64,000 nucleotides of DNA from Dicyema japonicum (lineage: Eukaryota; Animalia; Dicyemida), in assembly GCA_011109175.1 (NCBI GenBank), contig RDEW01000001.1, positions 214,594-278,593 on the forward strand, in the 5' to 3' direction. The notes under the pieces were generated by a model. The model was not told where the DNA came from. It saw only the letters and a program-made list of their open reading frames with translations, and ran no database searches. The translations under genes were made by a program, and so were the position numbers. This document shows, piece by piece, positions 36,529 to 49,891 of the stretch; the first letter of the stretch is position 1, and the number at the start of each line of letters is the position of its first letter.

Positions 36529-39143
36529 CTATAATAAACAAAAAGGTAAACTGTGGTCTTTGTTGAAAAAGCTGAGGTCGTTGATAGTATCTGTAATAAG
36601 TTGGTGGAATTGTGCCTGACTAATGGGTGATTGATTATGTGAAGGACTAATCATAGACCTAAATCTTCTATTTTGGAAAGCATTATTGCAATTGTTTCGT
36701 TTATTCAATTGTGCAGCAAACATCTTCTTAAAGTCACTGCAATAGATGGCCTTGCATTGATCATTAAAGCATGTTTGAATATGTGTTTTGTAGATATTAA
36801 TAAGTTTGTTACATGACTTGCAACAAGTTCCAAGATGACATGTCCTGTAATGTGGAATCAAATAGTGTCTGAATTTCCAGCAAGTCTGATTCTTGCAATT
36901 TGCATTATTGCAGGTGAGAATATGATCAAAGTTAGGTGCATTGTTATTATAAATTTTGATTAATGGGTGATTATGTGTAATACTATTAAGACATGTAGAA
37001 CACAAATCAAAATCCTTGCATATAGTACAGTGATGTCTCTGAATAGTAATAGTTTTGTTACAATTATTACAATAGTAAGGATTAGATGATAAATGTAAAT
37101 CAATAAGAATAGAGAACGTAGAAAATTTGGCTCTTCTATATGATGAGAATTCATAATTTTTATCTCTACAATAAGTGAGGAAGGAATCTCTAGTATCTGT
37201 GATATCCGAATGAATGACTGGATCAGGATCAGTTATAGTCGTAATATTGCTGTTTAATTCAATCACAAAAAATAAATTTTTGTGTTTATCCAAAGTATTT
37301 AAAAATAAATCATTAATAGTTTTCTTATTTTTCTTCTAAAAATATAATAAAAGATTACATCAAATTGTAATTTAATAATTTCTTCAAATCTACAAGGCCA
37401 GAAATCCCCATCAAAGTAAGGTATTTGATTTGGTGAATAATTCATATCAATAACATGGGTATTCAAATCCTTTATTAACAATATAATAATACCTGATATC
37501 CCCTAATAATATTTTGAGTTATTGCACTATTCAACATCACTTTATACCAATCTGATAATTTCTTTGCATTGGGAATTTTTTGTTGTGGTGGATGTGAATG
37601 AAATATGTAGTCATCTCTGTCAGACGGAGGACATGCCCAAATATAAACCCTCAAAAATCATAATAAAAATATAAAAATACCCCATATTGCGTACATAGTC
37701 CATATATGATATTAATATTTCATGATATATCCGTGTTCTAATGAATTGGCATGATAAATAATTAACACTATCCAAATATGCTATATATACACATCTATTA
37801 TTAGGACTAGGACAGTCTGATCCATACTCCTGTATTTGCAATGAAAAGAACATTATTTCAACATCATTCTCTTCCTGTATAAAATATATAGTCTTTAATC
37901 TATATCCATAACTCTCTTCTCCCTTATATTTTTCCTTCATATATGGCTTCACTACACTTTTCTTTTCTGTACACGAAAGTACTCGCACATGAATATACAG
38001 TCCACTTGGTAATAATCTATTTATTCTATCCTCAATGTAATCACTCACTCTTGTTCTTCCAAGGTCTTTATTATAATATGTATATTACTTTTAGCTCTAA
38101 ATCTGTTTACTTGTCTCTCTCCATTACACTCCGCACATACATAACCTTCTCTATACATATTCTCATTATACATCACACAAATCTCATGTAAACGACGGTC
38201 ACATTCTTTACAAACTACAAACTTTTCATCCACCAATATATTATTATTGCATTCTTTAAACTCTGATTTATGAATATTCACAATATATTCTCCTCCCTCG
38301 TTATAACACTTTGAACAATATATTTCACTATTCCTTTCATAATACGTACAGTCCCCACCAATCTGACAACCATTTATACAATATAGCATTTGTAAATTAT
38401 ATGTCATCTTCTTACCACAACAATATTTTAGCCTATTCTTCATTCCCTCACTTATTTCAGTCGTAAATAATGACAATATTTTTATTGATGACTTGTATAT
38501 TGCATGCTTACTGTTGTTGTACTCTTGCGCGTTCCTTACCATCAAATTAAAGTCTTCTATTATATCCCACGGACATACATACAACGATCGTAACAATTTA
38601 TTATATATTGTCGACAAATCCATTCCTTTTTTAATAATATCATAATAATTCTAGCATTATACACACATATATTACAGGGGCTCCATCCCTTTCACTGTTT
38701 ACTGGCTCTCGAAATGCTATCCACTCTTCACTGTTCTTTAGTTTCTCTATCACCGGCATAAACACTTCTTTTATTAATTCTATTCTTTTACTTTTCTACA
38801 CATTTCACATTTTCATTACCTCTTTACTCTTTATAAATTCTTTATCATTCTTAAACTTTATACATAAATCTAACATTATTATACACTATACCATTCAGTT
38901 CCCTTGTCGCATTACATACTATATCTAATATGTTAATGATCACTTAACCTCCACACCCTTCACAACTTGTCATGTGGTCTATAAACCTCTTCATTCGCTT
39001 ACAACTGTCCATACAACCATTACATACGACTGCGTGATTGTATAGTTTTATATATATTGGGGACTATTATTTTATTGGAATAATACTTTATCTATTGTAT
39101 CGTCTATTTGACGGGTTTTATTGAATTTTCGCTCAATGTTCAT
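36529..39143 (-). CDS. CREBBP/EP300: Miniaturised CBP/p300 (KAT3) histone acetyltransferase, about 798 aa, 10 exons
   Basis: Removing nine GT-AG introns (23, 24, 22, 24, 25, 23, 31, 23, 23 nt) leaves 2397 nt of open frame: TAZ1-like, bromodomain (YYDIIKKGMDLSTI), RING, PHD, HAT (IWACPP..DDYIF, LSDWY, PYFDGDFWP), ZZ and TAZ2. The C-terminus may extend through one more intron. Confidence 0.93.
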
Positions 39144-39239
39144 TTGCTGCCAATCCTTAACATAAACTGACCACAAAGACTAAGTATATTTATATATTTA
39201 TTTTATTATAAATAAATATTTTTATTATTTTTATAATTT

Positions 39240-39440
39240 ATGTTTATTTTTACTCCATTTCATATTAAAAATTTTAATTTAATTAATATAATTAATGGAC
39301 ACCTACCTCACCTTGAACAAATTCCGTACGCTGACGTGCAATTATTAATTAAGCGATATTATGACGGCGATACTCCGTTTATTATAATTGACACTATTAT
39401 TGATATGTTGCAAATTTATACTAATCCTATCAAGATTTAA
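39240..39440 (+). CDS. Small ORF head-to-head with CBP, unknown
   Basis: 66-aa ATG ORF starting 96 bp from the CBP start across an AT-rich gap. No motif. Confidence 0.25.
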   Translation: MFIFTPFHIKNFNLINIINGHLPHLEQIPYADVQLLIKRYYDGDTPFIIIDTIIDMLQIYTNPIKI

Positions 39441-41999
39441 TTAAATTTTGTGAATAATAGTATTCTTTTACTTCCTATTACTTTAATTATCTGTCTGAAG
39501 CTACCCAGAAAATGGCTTTCAAAATTACGATCAATCAGAATCCTCTACAGAGGGACTTCTTGGTAAACCGTTTGTTTACTGTTTGGACAACACTCTTTTT
39601 ACCAAAATACGTATGTATACTGGATGATACAAAGGATGCCCTTTGTTCTTTGCAACTTTTCTGAGTTTTTCAAATCACCTTTTTGAATTTCCAGAATTTG
39701 TTCTATATCCGTTTATTGCGCCATAGTTGACCGATTTATGTGTGCGCCCGGTATTTGCCCACTTAATAGCCGATGGTCTCATACAAATTGTGGCATGGGT
39801 TATTTAACTAACCAAGTTGCAGAGAGAGGGACTTCTGAAAATTTTTACCCTCCGACGTCTCTGGAATCCGTGAAAACCGAAGAGAATGCTTTTCAATTAT
39901 GAGCATTTGGTTGTGTGTTTTATAAGAGCTTGTATGGGGTCGAGGGAGGAGCTTCAGGGTGAGATGACTTCTAGTGGAGCTTCTTGGTATCACGTGAGTA
40001 GCTGGTTTAGTATTACCGTGGTTTTTGAAGTAATGTTCGAGGTTTTTCGTTTCTCCAAAAAATCAGGAAACCCACTTGAGAAAAATTTGTACTTGCCGAG
40101 ATTACTGATCATTCTTAAAAAATAGCGAGTTTATCTGCAGAAATTCAAGAAGACATTTACAGACCACTTGTGGAGGTCCGGGAATTACTAGTACTGGTAT
40201 CACTTAAATAGAGATCTTTATTGGTGATCTTATGAGTAGAGATTAATGAACTGTATATTTATTAACCCAGGGTACACCGAAAAGTTAAAAACCAACACTA
40301 ATTAACTGCATCTAGTCCCCATGTTCACAGAAAACCTTTCAATGTCTCCCTAGGCCATTCAGAACTAGTGGAAAAAAAGAAAATGCCGATCCCTTGCAGT
40401 TTGGGGGACCTCTAGCAGAGTGGACGAGATTAAGTGATCATTTTCTTACCCTCGTGCAACTGTGTGTCATCTGAAATGGGTGGATCACATGACACCACTC
40501 TATAGAAAAAGTAAAAAAAAAGGAAAGAAGAGATTAGCCTGCGGAGGATTCCCATGACCAGTCTTAAGCTCAATACAGTAATAGTCCCCACTACTAACCT
40601 AATAGTTAATGATGTCTGTTATTGGTGGTAGAAATAGATTCCATAATCTAATCATTCATAAATTAAGCTCAATTTCTGAGGATCATAACATTTTGATTAT
40701 AAAGTTGACTAACTCACATTATTGCGTATAAAAAATCTGATTTAAATTTGCCAATTTGATATTGCTTCTTATTCAGGTTAACATTGCAGCAAAAATTAAT
40801 AATCTTGTTTTCGTATTGATGTTGGAATTAAAAAGGAAGTTAGGTGAATTGTTATATTCTCGTAAATCCCTTTTAAAGAGTTATTTATAAGTCCTCTATT
40901 TTCTCGTTCGAATGTCCTTGTCAAACTGACTTGACAGCTTTTGGTTTGAAGTTATTAGAACTCGTCTTATTTTTGTCCGGGACATATGTGTTAGCAAATA
41001 TTTTGTAAGGTAAGATAATCAGGATGACTTTATGAGGCGACCAACAACTTTAGCTCACCAGCAAGCACACCACAGGTATATGAATGCCCATTACTCTCTG
41101 AGATGGGATTTTTAATCTCATTCGCCATTTTATTATAAAATGTTAGTTTTGTGTGTTGATTAACTTCTGACGTCATCATGAAGAAAGCTGGCAACTATTA
41201 GGATGTTTGCCGTTGTAAATCTAGAGTTCTGACTGCCAAAAGATCACGAACTCTCATCTTTCCGAAATGGATGATATTCTGAACTTTTAATCTCAAGAAA
41301 TCTTTGCCACTTATTTTGTGTTTTTCAAGTGCATGAATGGCACACGGACACAAAGTCATGAATTCTTTCGGTCCGGATTTGTATTTTGGACGGTAAGGAG
41401 ATTTTGGGGTTTTATAGTCGATGACCGACACTTTCCTGCGACGAAGTCAATGTTTATTTTAATTATCTTAAGACTATCAAGACCACCAAGAAAGAAAGTG
41501 TTAACTCACTAATTAAGTGATCCCAGCCTCCAACATCTCTTAAATTCTCTTCGAAAGCTCTGCCAGCCATCCAACTGCATCCTGAAGCGTCTTCTTTTAT
41601 GTCTGCGAGGAATATTATTGCCGATTTGAATTCCTCAGCAAGGGCTGCCATTTCTCAACGTCACCGGCTCTGAATGGACTAGGGATGGATATGGTGCCTG
41701 GTTGCTACTGCCACATGATCTTTCCCTTGAGAGAGTTCATTCGCTCGACCTTCGAAGAAGAAAAAGCAAATCTCTAATCAGAATAGGTATATTCAGTCGT
41801 CAGCACAATATCTTGAAGATATAGTTTGCTAATAGGATCGAAGGGGCGCTTTTTACGATAGCTTTTAGGACGTTCGATATGTGTGAAAAGAAATAATTTA
41901 AGAACCACGTCACCAGTTCAACCAAAACAGGTTGGCTTAAGATTTCAAATAAAAAATTATACTCTGGCACAATAGATGCCAATACGTATCGACATTATT

Positions 42000-42230
42000 G
42001 AATCAAGATGGAAACTATAAGGGCACGTGCTTAGAATGGACATAAACGCCCCTGCAAATATAATAATAGATAATTACTTTAACAATGAGAGCAAACCATC
42101 GTTAAGAGGAAGGCCTAGAGTCATTCTCCCTGTGACTCTAAACAAGTACTTAATGGAATTAAAAGAAAACTTAAATCTGCAGAAGACCTAGAAGATCTAC
42201 GAACAGATGCACACAGCAGAGGCCGATGGA
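42000..42230 (+). mobile_element. RTE-like LINE 3' fragment
   Basis: GHVLRMDINAPANII...RGRPR. Confidence 0.55.
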
Positions 42231-42493
42231 GACGGCTAGTGAAACAAATTTTGAAACGTGTGGCACAAACGGACCTTAGTTATGGAACGTTCTTTGGTTC
42301 TGTGAAAGTGCTTTTTAATAATAATAATATTAGGACGTTCCATTTTTGAAGACCAATATACAGCACGACCCGCCCCAATAGAAAAGTGCCCCGAATATAG
42401 AGGGTATATATAATTCTTACATTTTAAAACGATTATTTGTATTTTTAATAACAAAATATGTTGTTTCGATTGCGTATTAGACATGTGTGCCAT

Positions 42494-43433
42494 AGAGGGA
42501 CGTCACCACCTCAACCAAAAATCGGACAGGAGGGGATGGGAAAGGCTAATTAAGAGGATTGTTCGGACGCGGCACGAATAGAATTATAGTTTATATGATT
42601 CTATGTAGTTGCTTATAATAATAATAATAATGTTGTTTCGATAAAAAAGAGGATTTAATTTATGTGAAATAATCAGTTATTTGAACCAAGTATTATACTT
42701 TTTTCTTAGAATTTTTGAAATTTTTATTCAGAATTCATAGTATTCTTTGAGCCTTTCAGGGCAAGTATTGAATAAAGAAGTTTCGAGATTATTCATTATT
42801 GAATCTTTTAAACATAACCCTTCAATGTCATCATTTTCATTACAAGTTCTATTATCTTCAATTCCGTTTATTTCAAATTCAATTAACCCTGAGACATGTT
42901 TATCAATTAATTCAGAAGTTTGAATATTCTTGAAATTTGTGGCACGGTGCATTATCCATATGTTTTTTGACCATTTCAAAGTTTATTTTTGTAACCATTT
43001 ATCAAAAATATCAGTCGTCATCCAATCATTTTTGACGCTGTGTACAAAACCTAAAAATAACCTAATGAAATATACCCCATAATCCTCAGAACTTCTTAAA
43101 TGAGAGTTCATCAGAGCATAATTGTGTTTTTGATACCCCTTTCCGATTTCTTTTTTAGTTCGTGAGACAGTTCCTTTAACAATATTGTATAATTGACAAA
43201 TTTTTTTTTCTGACATATTTTCTTTCGTTAAAGAATCGGAAATCTTCTGTTTCAGGTGGCGACTAAGCTTCGCAGGCATGATTAAAAATATTTTAAAATT
43301 AATTAAATATTTAAAAATGAAATAATAAATTTTAATATTATCGATTGAAAAAGTGCCCAATAAGCAGGGTTTGTATTTTAAATTTAGGCTTCTATTGGTC
43401 AAAAATTTTTGATTGAGGTGGTGACGTGCCTCT
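42494..43433 (-). mobile_element. Internally deleted pogo-like DNA transposon with 29-bp TIRs
   Basis: AGAGG(G/C)ACGTCACCACCTCAA(C/T)CAAAAAT at 42494-42522 and inverted at 43405-43433. HTH N-terminus and DWMTTDIFDKWL inside. Confidence 0.8.
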
Positions 43434-43469
43434 CTTGCACCTATGTCTGCAAAGGATTCAGAACAAATA

Positions 43470-45500
43470 ATGACCTGACCATCCTAACCTTCAATGTCAG
43501 AGGCCTGAATAACGTGGCTAAGAGGCAGCTTCTATGTTCCGATGTTGAGAAATACCGGGGTTCTGTATGCTGCCTGCAGGAGACTAAAATAAAAAATGGA
43601 CTCGATGAAACACATGCAAATTACAGGTTACTATTGCTTTCCTCGGAATCGAGGCATTATGGACAAGGCTTTGCCATACACAAGGACTATATTCCCAGAG
43701 TATATCGTTACTGGAAAGTCAATGACAGAATCAGTGTCTTACAACTACGTACAAGATCAAGCAGAAATTCGAGGAGACTAATCTCAATTATCAACGTTTA
43801 CGCACCACACAGTGGACGTATCCTAAAAAATCCCGAAGAACTTGACCTGTTCTACAAGGAATTGGGAAGGACATTAACAGACTGCTGTTCATTATACTTA
43901 TTGTTTATTGCCCGGGACTGGAATGCGAAAATGGGAACCTGTAGAGGAAATGAAAGCTTCATTGGCCAGCACGGAAGAGGAATCAGAAACTTCCCCGGAA
44001 CCATCTTGGCAGAGTTTTGCCAGGCATTTGATCTGTTCCTATGTAATACTGGTTTCCAACTTCCCGCACGTCATAAAACGACATGGACTGGGCAACGACT
44101 TCTACCTATCAAAGGCTCTATTAACATTTTCAATCAAATCGACTACATCATCTGTCGAGTCAAAGAAAAATCACTCCTACGTGACTCGAGGTCTTACGGA
44201 GGTGTAGCTATCGACAGTGATCAAAAGATAGTCTCTGCCAAGTTTACAATGAGGACTTTGACTGACCTAATAAGAAGAGAGCCAAAAGTAGATGTAGGAA
44301 GAAGCTATAAAATGGAACTACTGTGTTACTCTACATCGATCAGAGACAACTACCAAATATCAATTACGAAATTTCTCAGAAACCTGGATCCCAGACTTTT
44401 TCTAGGAGGCACCTGGGCGGAGACAATGAAAGGGATCTTCTCGGCAGCAAATGGGAGTATCGGAACCTGGTCCCAGCACTGTTTAAAAAATGTATACATC
44501 CAGATGTTCCCCCTCATTAAGAACAAAGGGAACTAAGGATTACAACTGGAAATACGTCTGATCCGGACAGGAAACAAATCTTGAAGTCTAAGAAGATCCA
44601 CCCAGAAAACCATAAAGATTTTGAATAAGAAGCACGCCACTAACCTACTACTTGATCAACTCTATGTTTATAAAAAAGAATACCCAGCTTTTGGATCCGG
44701 ACTATTAACACCAATACAAAAACCTAACAAGCATGCTGGGTTTTTGAAAACCTACGTCCAATAATCCTGCTAAACACCTTACGGAAACTTCTGGCATTAG
44801 TTACGCTGAACCGAATCAGAGAACAAGTGGACAACTATCTATCTCCTAGTCACAGTGGATTCAGGACAGGAAGATCCACTGCAGATGTAGTATGGAGCCA
44901 CAAGTGGCGCTGCGCTATCAACCAGAGATTTGAAAGTGCAACGACAGTCTAGACCTCTCTAGGGCCTTTGACACGGTCCTTCGTGGTCTACTTCTCAAGA
45001 TACTGAAACAATTCTTGGACCCAGATTCTGTCAATATGATCAGAGTGTTGCTATCTAACACGAAGCACAGAGTGCGGGTCGGTAAGACGTTATCCCGTGA
45101 ATTTACGTGCAATGTTGGTACTCCCCAGGGAAATTCCTTCTCGCCCCTGCTATTTATCATATATCTGAAGGCAGCACTACGAGATCTTCTGAAGTTCTAT
45201 GATGGCAACATCGTCGAAATTGCCTATGAGGACGACGTCGACTTTGTGTCAGAAGACAAATCTGCCTACTTCGACTTCTCGAGCTGGCCCCTGCTGAGCT
45301 GAACAGATGGTTCCTTGGAATGAATATTGCAAAAACTGACATTGTGGAAATCAGGAGAATGGAAAGCAGATCAAGTGAAACATGGCGAAAAACAAACAAA
45401 CTTGGCTTTTTACTTGGAGACAGTCAAGATATTGCCAGAAAGAAAGCCCTCACTTGGGTAACGATGAACAAGTTGAAGAAAGAGTGAATTGACAAACGAC
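43470..45500 (+). mobile_element. Degenerate RTE-type LINE
   Basis: APE (TFNVRGL, CLQETK, NVYAP, NQIDYI) and RT remnants (DLSRAFDTV, GTPQGNSFSP, AYEDD). Confidence 0.85.
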
Positions 45501-45899
45501 GATCCTGTGAAAAATCCTATCTCCTTCTCCTGGAGACGTGGATTGTGTCTTGCATTTAGTCCAGGACTGACATCGATTATTGCCCATAAATAGAATTTGA
45601 AAAAATGTCAGCTAACTACGACGTTTTATTCAATCAAATTTGGATATTGCCTTAATTCTAGAGGCGAAACTAACTCATAAAAACGTGACTCCATTTTTTC
45701 CAGAATATTCCGTCTTCCATAGAGACAGAAAATATAGAAAAGGTGGAGGAATCAGATCAATGTAGTGGAGTTATCAAACAGGATATTGATTTTTTCAAAA
45801 CTGTGATACCTCCCCAACCCGGTCCCTCAAGGATCTCTACACTATCAATGGTACTATTCAATCTATTTACAAGCAACCTTTAAACTCTCAAAACACCAT

Positions 45900-46330
45900 G
45901 CCGAAGATCTCATTGTGGCACCGTGATCACAAAGATGCTACGCAGAGGGTTCAAGAGATCCTCGACAATAGGAATCCTGGTTTCTCAAGAACCGCATGGA
46001 CACTTCTCCTGGGAAGTCGAACACTAGCTATCTCTTTCTATTACCAGTTTACTTGAATGGAGAACTGACCTCGATAAGAAGAACCTCTCTATCCGTGGAG
46101 TCACATTCGACCCTCTGATGACGTTTTGCATCATGTGCATACATTAGTTTCTCGAGTCCAAAAAAAAGGGATCCTCAAAACCTTAGCTAGATCTCCAAAG
46201 TTTTTTCCTAGAATTATACAATATATCCTAACGTAACCGAATTACATCCCCCTGTTAAATACACTAAATGTCACAAAAATGATGGAACATCTCGCGGACA
46301 GACAGAATAACTTCTTAAAAATGGCTAGGT
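45900..46330 (+). mobile_element. APE-type LINE RT C-terminal fragment
   Basis: GVTFDPLMTF. Similar to 10400-10850. Confidence 0.55.
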
Positions 46331-47158
46331 CTTCTGGAAGCCCCCTTGAAGAGGACATTTTTGCGTACCATGAGAATGCTCGTAAATTGGACACTCGTAA
46401 AAAATTCCAGATAACCCCGAAACAGAAGGAGATGCTGAATTTATAAATTACTTTTATTAATATCAGTCGATTGTTGCCCCAGTTTGAATCTGTACATTAC
46501 CCCCACCTCCATTTATGAGTCTGTGTACGTCCGATTGGAACTTTTTTATTTTATTCAAAAACCAGTGATCCAGCCACTATCGGGGACCACATTTTTTAGG
46601 CATTTGAATATTTATCATTTATATTGATCTTCCATAAATCTTTGAACCTCCATAGTTCGACCTCACTGACATGTATAGACAGCTACAAGCGTCAACCTGA
46701 GTGTTGTGAGCATCCCTTAGAATCATTGACGGTCATAAAAGTATTTGATTGGTAATGTCACCAAATTGGTCAGGAAAGGTAACCTTAACCAGGATATCGA
46801 GCAGATTTGCGATAGGATTCTTATGAAACCTCAATCAAGAGTTTACTTCAAATCTTCTATTGGCGGGGATCTTCTGGGCCTTCTCACTAATGGAATAAAA
46901 CAATATTTTCTCAGTGACTGTGGACACTGTGCTAATAGCATTTATCGCATTAGTTTTTAGAATTCCCTCCCAATCAAAGCAGTTATTAAACCCAATATTT
47001 TACAAGTTAGCTCAACCCCCCTCAAATATTACTCAGATAAACGTGGTAGCGTAATCTGAAAGGCCATTATAAGGACTATCCGTAAACGTTCATTTATTCA
47101 AATAAAACTCAAGCAGTCTGCATTCTCTAAGCTTCCTCAGGAAAGCTAGCATCTCCCG

Positions 47159-47651
47159 TTAATAGAACTGCTTCAACTGTAGATTTGATGGGTCAATTAT
47201 TTTATAGGAACAAAACAGCCGATCATTCAGAATTCCAAATTCTTTTTTAATATATTTACCCCCCGTCTTTTCAAGTGAAGTTAACTGGTGGATGACAAGA
47301 TAGTAACTACCAAAAGCGGACAGTTCAGCATTCAAGTATGTCTGGTGTGGAGCAGAAATTGAAGGAGAAACAAAAAATATCAAGTCTTCTAGTCTGCTAG
47401 AAGGCAGGAGAGGCACGACATCTATTGTCGATTTTGTTTATGTAGTCTAGTAAAGCCATATCTGTAAAAGGTGGTCCACGTTGATATAAATTGGTTTTAG
47501 GAGTGCGAACTTTGTGGGCTTCATGTGGATAATCTGCTTGTGAAGAAAACTGCCCATATTTGTAATAAACAAACCCAACCTCTGACCAGTACCAAATGAC
47601 CGCCGAATAATTTAATTGGTGGTGACTAAAGGACGAATAACAAGATACCAT
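47159..47651 (-). CDS. Possible small spliced gene, unknown
   Basis: Two overlapping ORFs can be joined by a 28-nt GT-AG intron near 47390-47417. No motif. Confidence 0.3.
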
Positions 47652-47810
47652 TCCCAGATATCATTGAAACATTAACTTAGCTCTTCATTAAAACAAAGCA
47701 TAGATTTTTGTTAATTCATAAAAGTGTTTTAATAGAGCCTTTTCACGAGAGCCATAGTATTTATAGCTCCGCATAGGCAGGACACACACTTTATTTAAGT
47801 AAAGAACAGC

Positions 47811-47877
47811 TAATTTTAACTAATCGTAGAACCAAGGAATGATCTTCACTTTTTTTTTTTCTTGTGTGAGTGTCCTT
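47811..47877 (-). repeat. Solo copy of the SINE tail
   Basis: TAATTTTAACTAATCGTAGAACCAAGGAATGATCTTCACTT...TCTTGTGTG is shared with 22580-22646. Confidence 0.8.
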
Positions 47878-48599
47878 AAAAGTGTTCCACCTCATTAAAG
47901 AAATAATAATTAATTTTTTTCAATAATTATATTATTTATTGGAAGAAAATCATAAATCTTAATTCATTCAAAATATTATGTTTCAAGACAAATTTTTTTC
48001 CATAATATCACCGTTAAGCTTAGAAAATACAAACTAAGTGATTTAGGGTCTCAGATTGTCTCGTTGTTCCTTCCTTGATCCGTTGGTTTCCTAATCATTT
48101 TGGATCTCCAGGGGTGTCGTTTTGTCTCCGTTTTGTCCGTAGACAACTTCCCTTTTTAGTGTAGGCAGAAATTTCTGAGAACTAGTCTAAGAGATCGAAA
48201 CCCCCCATGAGGTCATGCATATGAAATGAATGACTCAATAAATTGAAGTAAAGCTTTTTTATTTCCGATTTTGCATAACCGTTAAATTAAAGTAGGTTGA
48301 TTTTTCTCCAATTTGCTTGTCACACTTACCACGTTCAAAGAGACACAAAATTTGTATCAAAGATAACTCAGTGGATTCTTTGTCATTAAGTGGTTTTTCC
48401 ATCTACTTCAATTGAGTTGTTTGGAGTAAAATACTTTACAGATGTCAACTGAGAATAATAAGGTCTTATGATGTTTGTGCATGTGGGATAAACCAGAGCA
48501 ATTAAGGTCCCTCAGAGAGAGGAGGTTAATTGTAGATAATCTATTAATTTTGAATCAATGCTGGAACGGTTTATCAGGAAGAAATTCGTTGACTTTCAA

Positions 48600-49250
48600 A
48601 ACAACAATCTTCTAAACGTTTTAGACTGGATCGGAGATGGGTCCTTTTTCGGCTTTCCAGTATTCAATATTGGCCAAATGTTCTCAAGTTACCATAATGT
48701 TGAAATTTAATTATGACTTTTATAAAATTATAGACTTTGGGCAGTGTAGTGATTCTTCAATTCCCAAGATTTTTCAAGACCAGGATGGAAATCTCAGTAA
48801 GTCCTTGTAACCCCCTTCGGTTTTCTAAATACGAGGTTGGATGCTTCAGTCATCTTATGGTTAGTGGGCAATTTTTTACGTATTATTTTCTCAGGAATTT
48901 AGGTCCTTTCGCTGTAGTTGTCATCTTCAGACATCGGCTGATTAAAAGAACCCATATCCATTCCTGGGTTTCATCGTTCAGGGATTTAAGACTGCTTCGA
49001 AAGAAATCTCCCCTCCTTCTAGACGACTTATATCTTTGACTATAGTCACCCTTCCGAGCCCATTCGTATGACTGATGTGTCTTTTTGGGAGGTCATTGAA
49101 ATTACTTCCAGAATAACATGACTAGTATAGGTGACTACCTTCCAAGAGGAATAAAGTTCTCCGATGTAGATAAGCCAAACGACTGTCCGTAAAACCCAGA
49201 ATGATCAGTCAGCGAGTTTGTAGATACAAGACGGATTACTCTCTCAAGAA
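48600..49250 (+). mobile_element. Highly degenerate Ty3/gypsy-like pol remnant (integrase-like piece also at about 46650-47100)
   Basis: PFLGFIV and SYHNVEI fragments only. Confidence 0.3.
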
Positions 49251-49420
49251 GATCCCTTTGATCTTCAATAAAATAAATTTATGGTTACTTCTGACGTCAT
49301 AAATGACGGACCAATTTGTTTTAGAAAGAAGTTGGGAACGGAATGTAATGTCTGACAAGGTTAATTGAGGTCCTGTAAAAAGTTCTCATGTTTTTGGAAA
49401 AGTCATTGAAGATTACAGTG

Positions 49421-49505
49421 AGCCCGTCTGCGGCGGCAGTAAATTTCCTTTTACATCGGCGGGTTGGCTTGATGGAGTTTCAGATCTCCACCAATCAAGT
49501 CGCAG
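49421..49505 (+). other. GC-rich segment with extensive predicted RNA pairing
   Basis: Helices found by eye; detailed in findings. Confidence 0.35.
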
Positions 49506-49891
49506 GTGAAGCTCCGATCGGCTTATGTTAAATCAAAAAAATAGGGGTAGTGTCAATAAGCGATACCTTCTGTCAATCTTGAATTTTAAAATAAGTACTT
49601 TTCAATAATTTTCACTTTAACTATGTTCACAATCAGTTGATCATTTGGCATTTGTCGGTCGGGCACGAGTTGTTTTAGGGAAAAGAGCTAATGGTTCTTT
49701 TTCGCGATGTAGCAAATGATCCCACTGCTCCATCAAAACCTTCGCGACTGATGAATCACATGACGCAACTTTGAAAATTAAATTTTGGTGCACCACAAGA
49801 CGGACTCTCATTAATTGAATTTATTATTTTTATCAGAAAATAACCCCACTTTATTTAACAAACAATAAAAAAAAAAAGTTAATATATTTAA

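Noticed and set aside
41163-41176. 14-bp ACTTCTGACGTCAT containing a CRE palindrome, also at 49287-49300
   Set aside because: Two short matches far from any identified promoter; cannot be told apart from chance or element ends.
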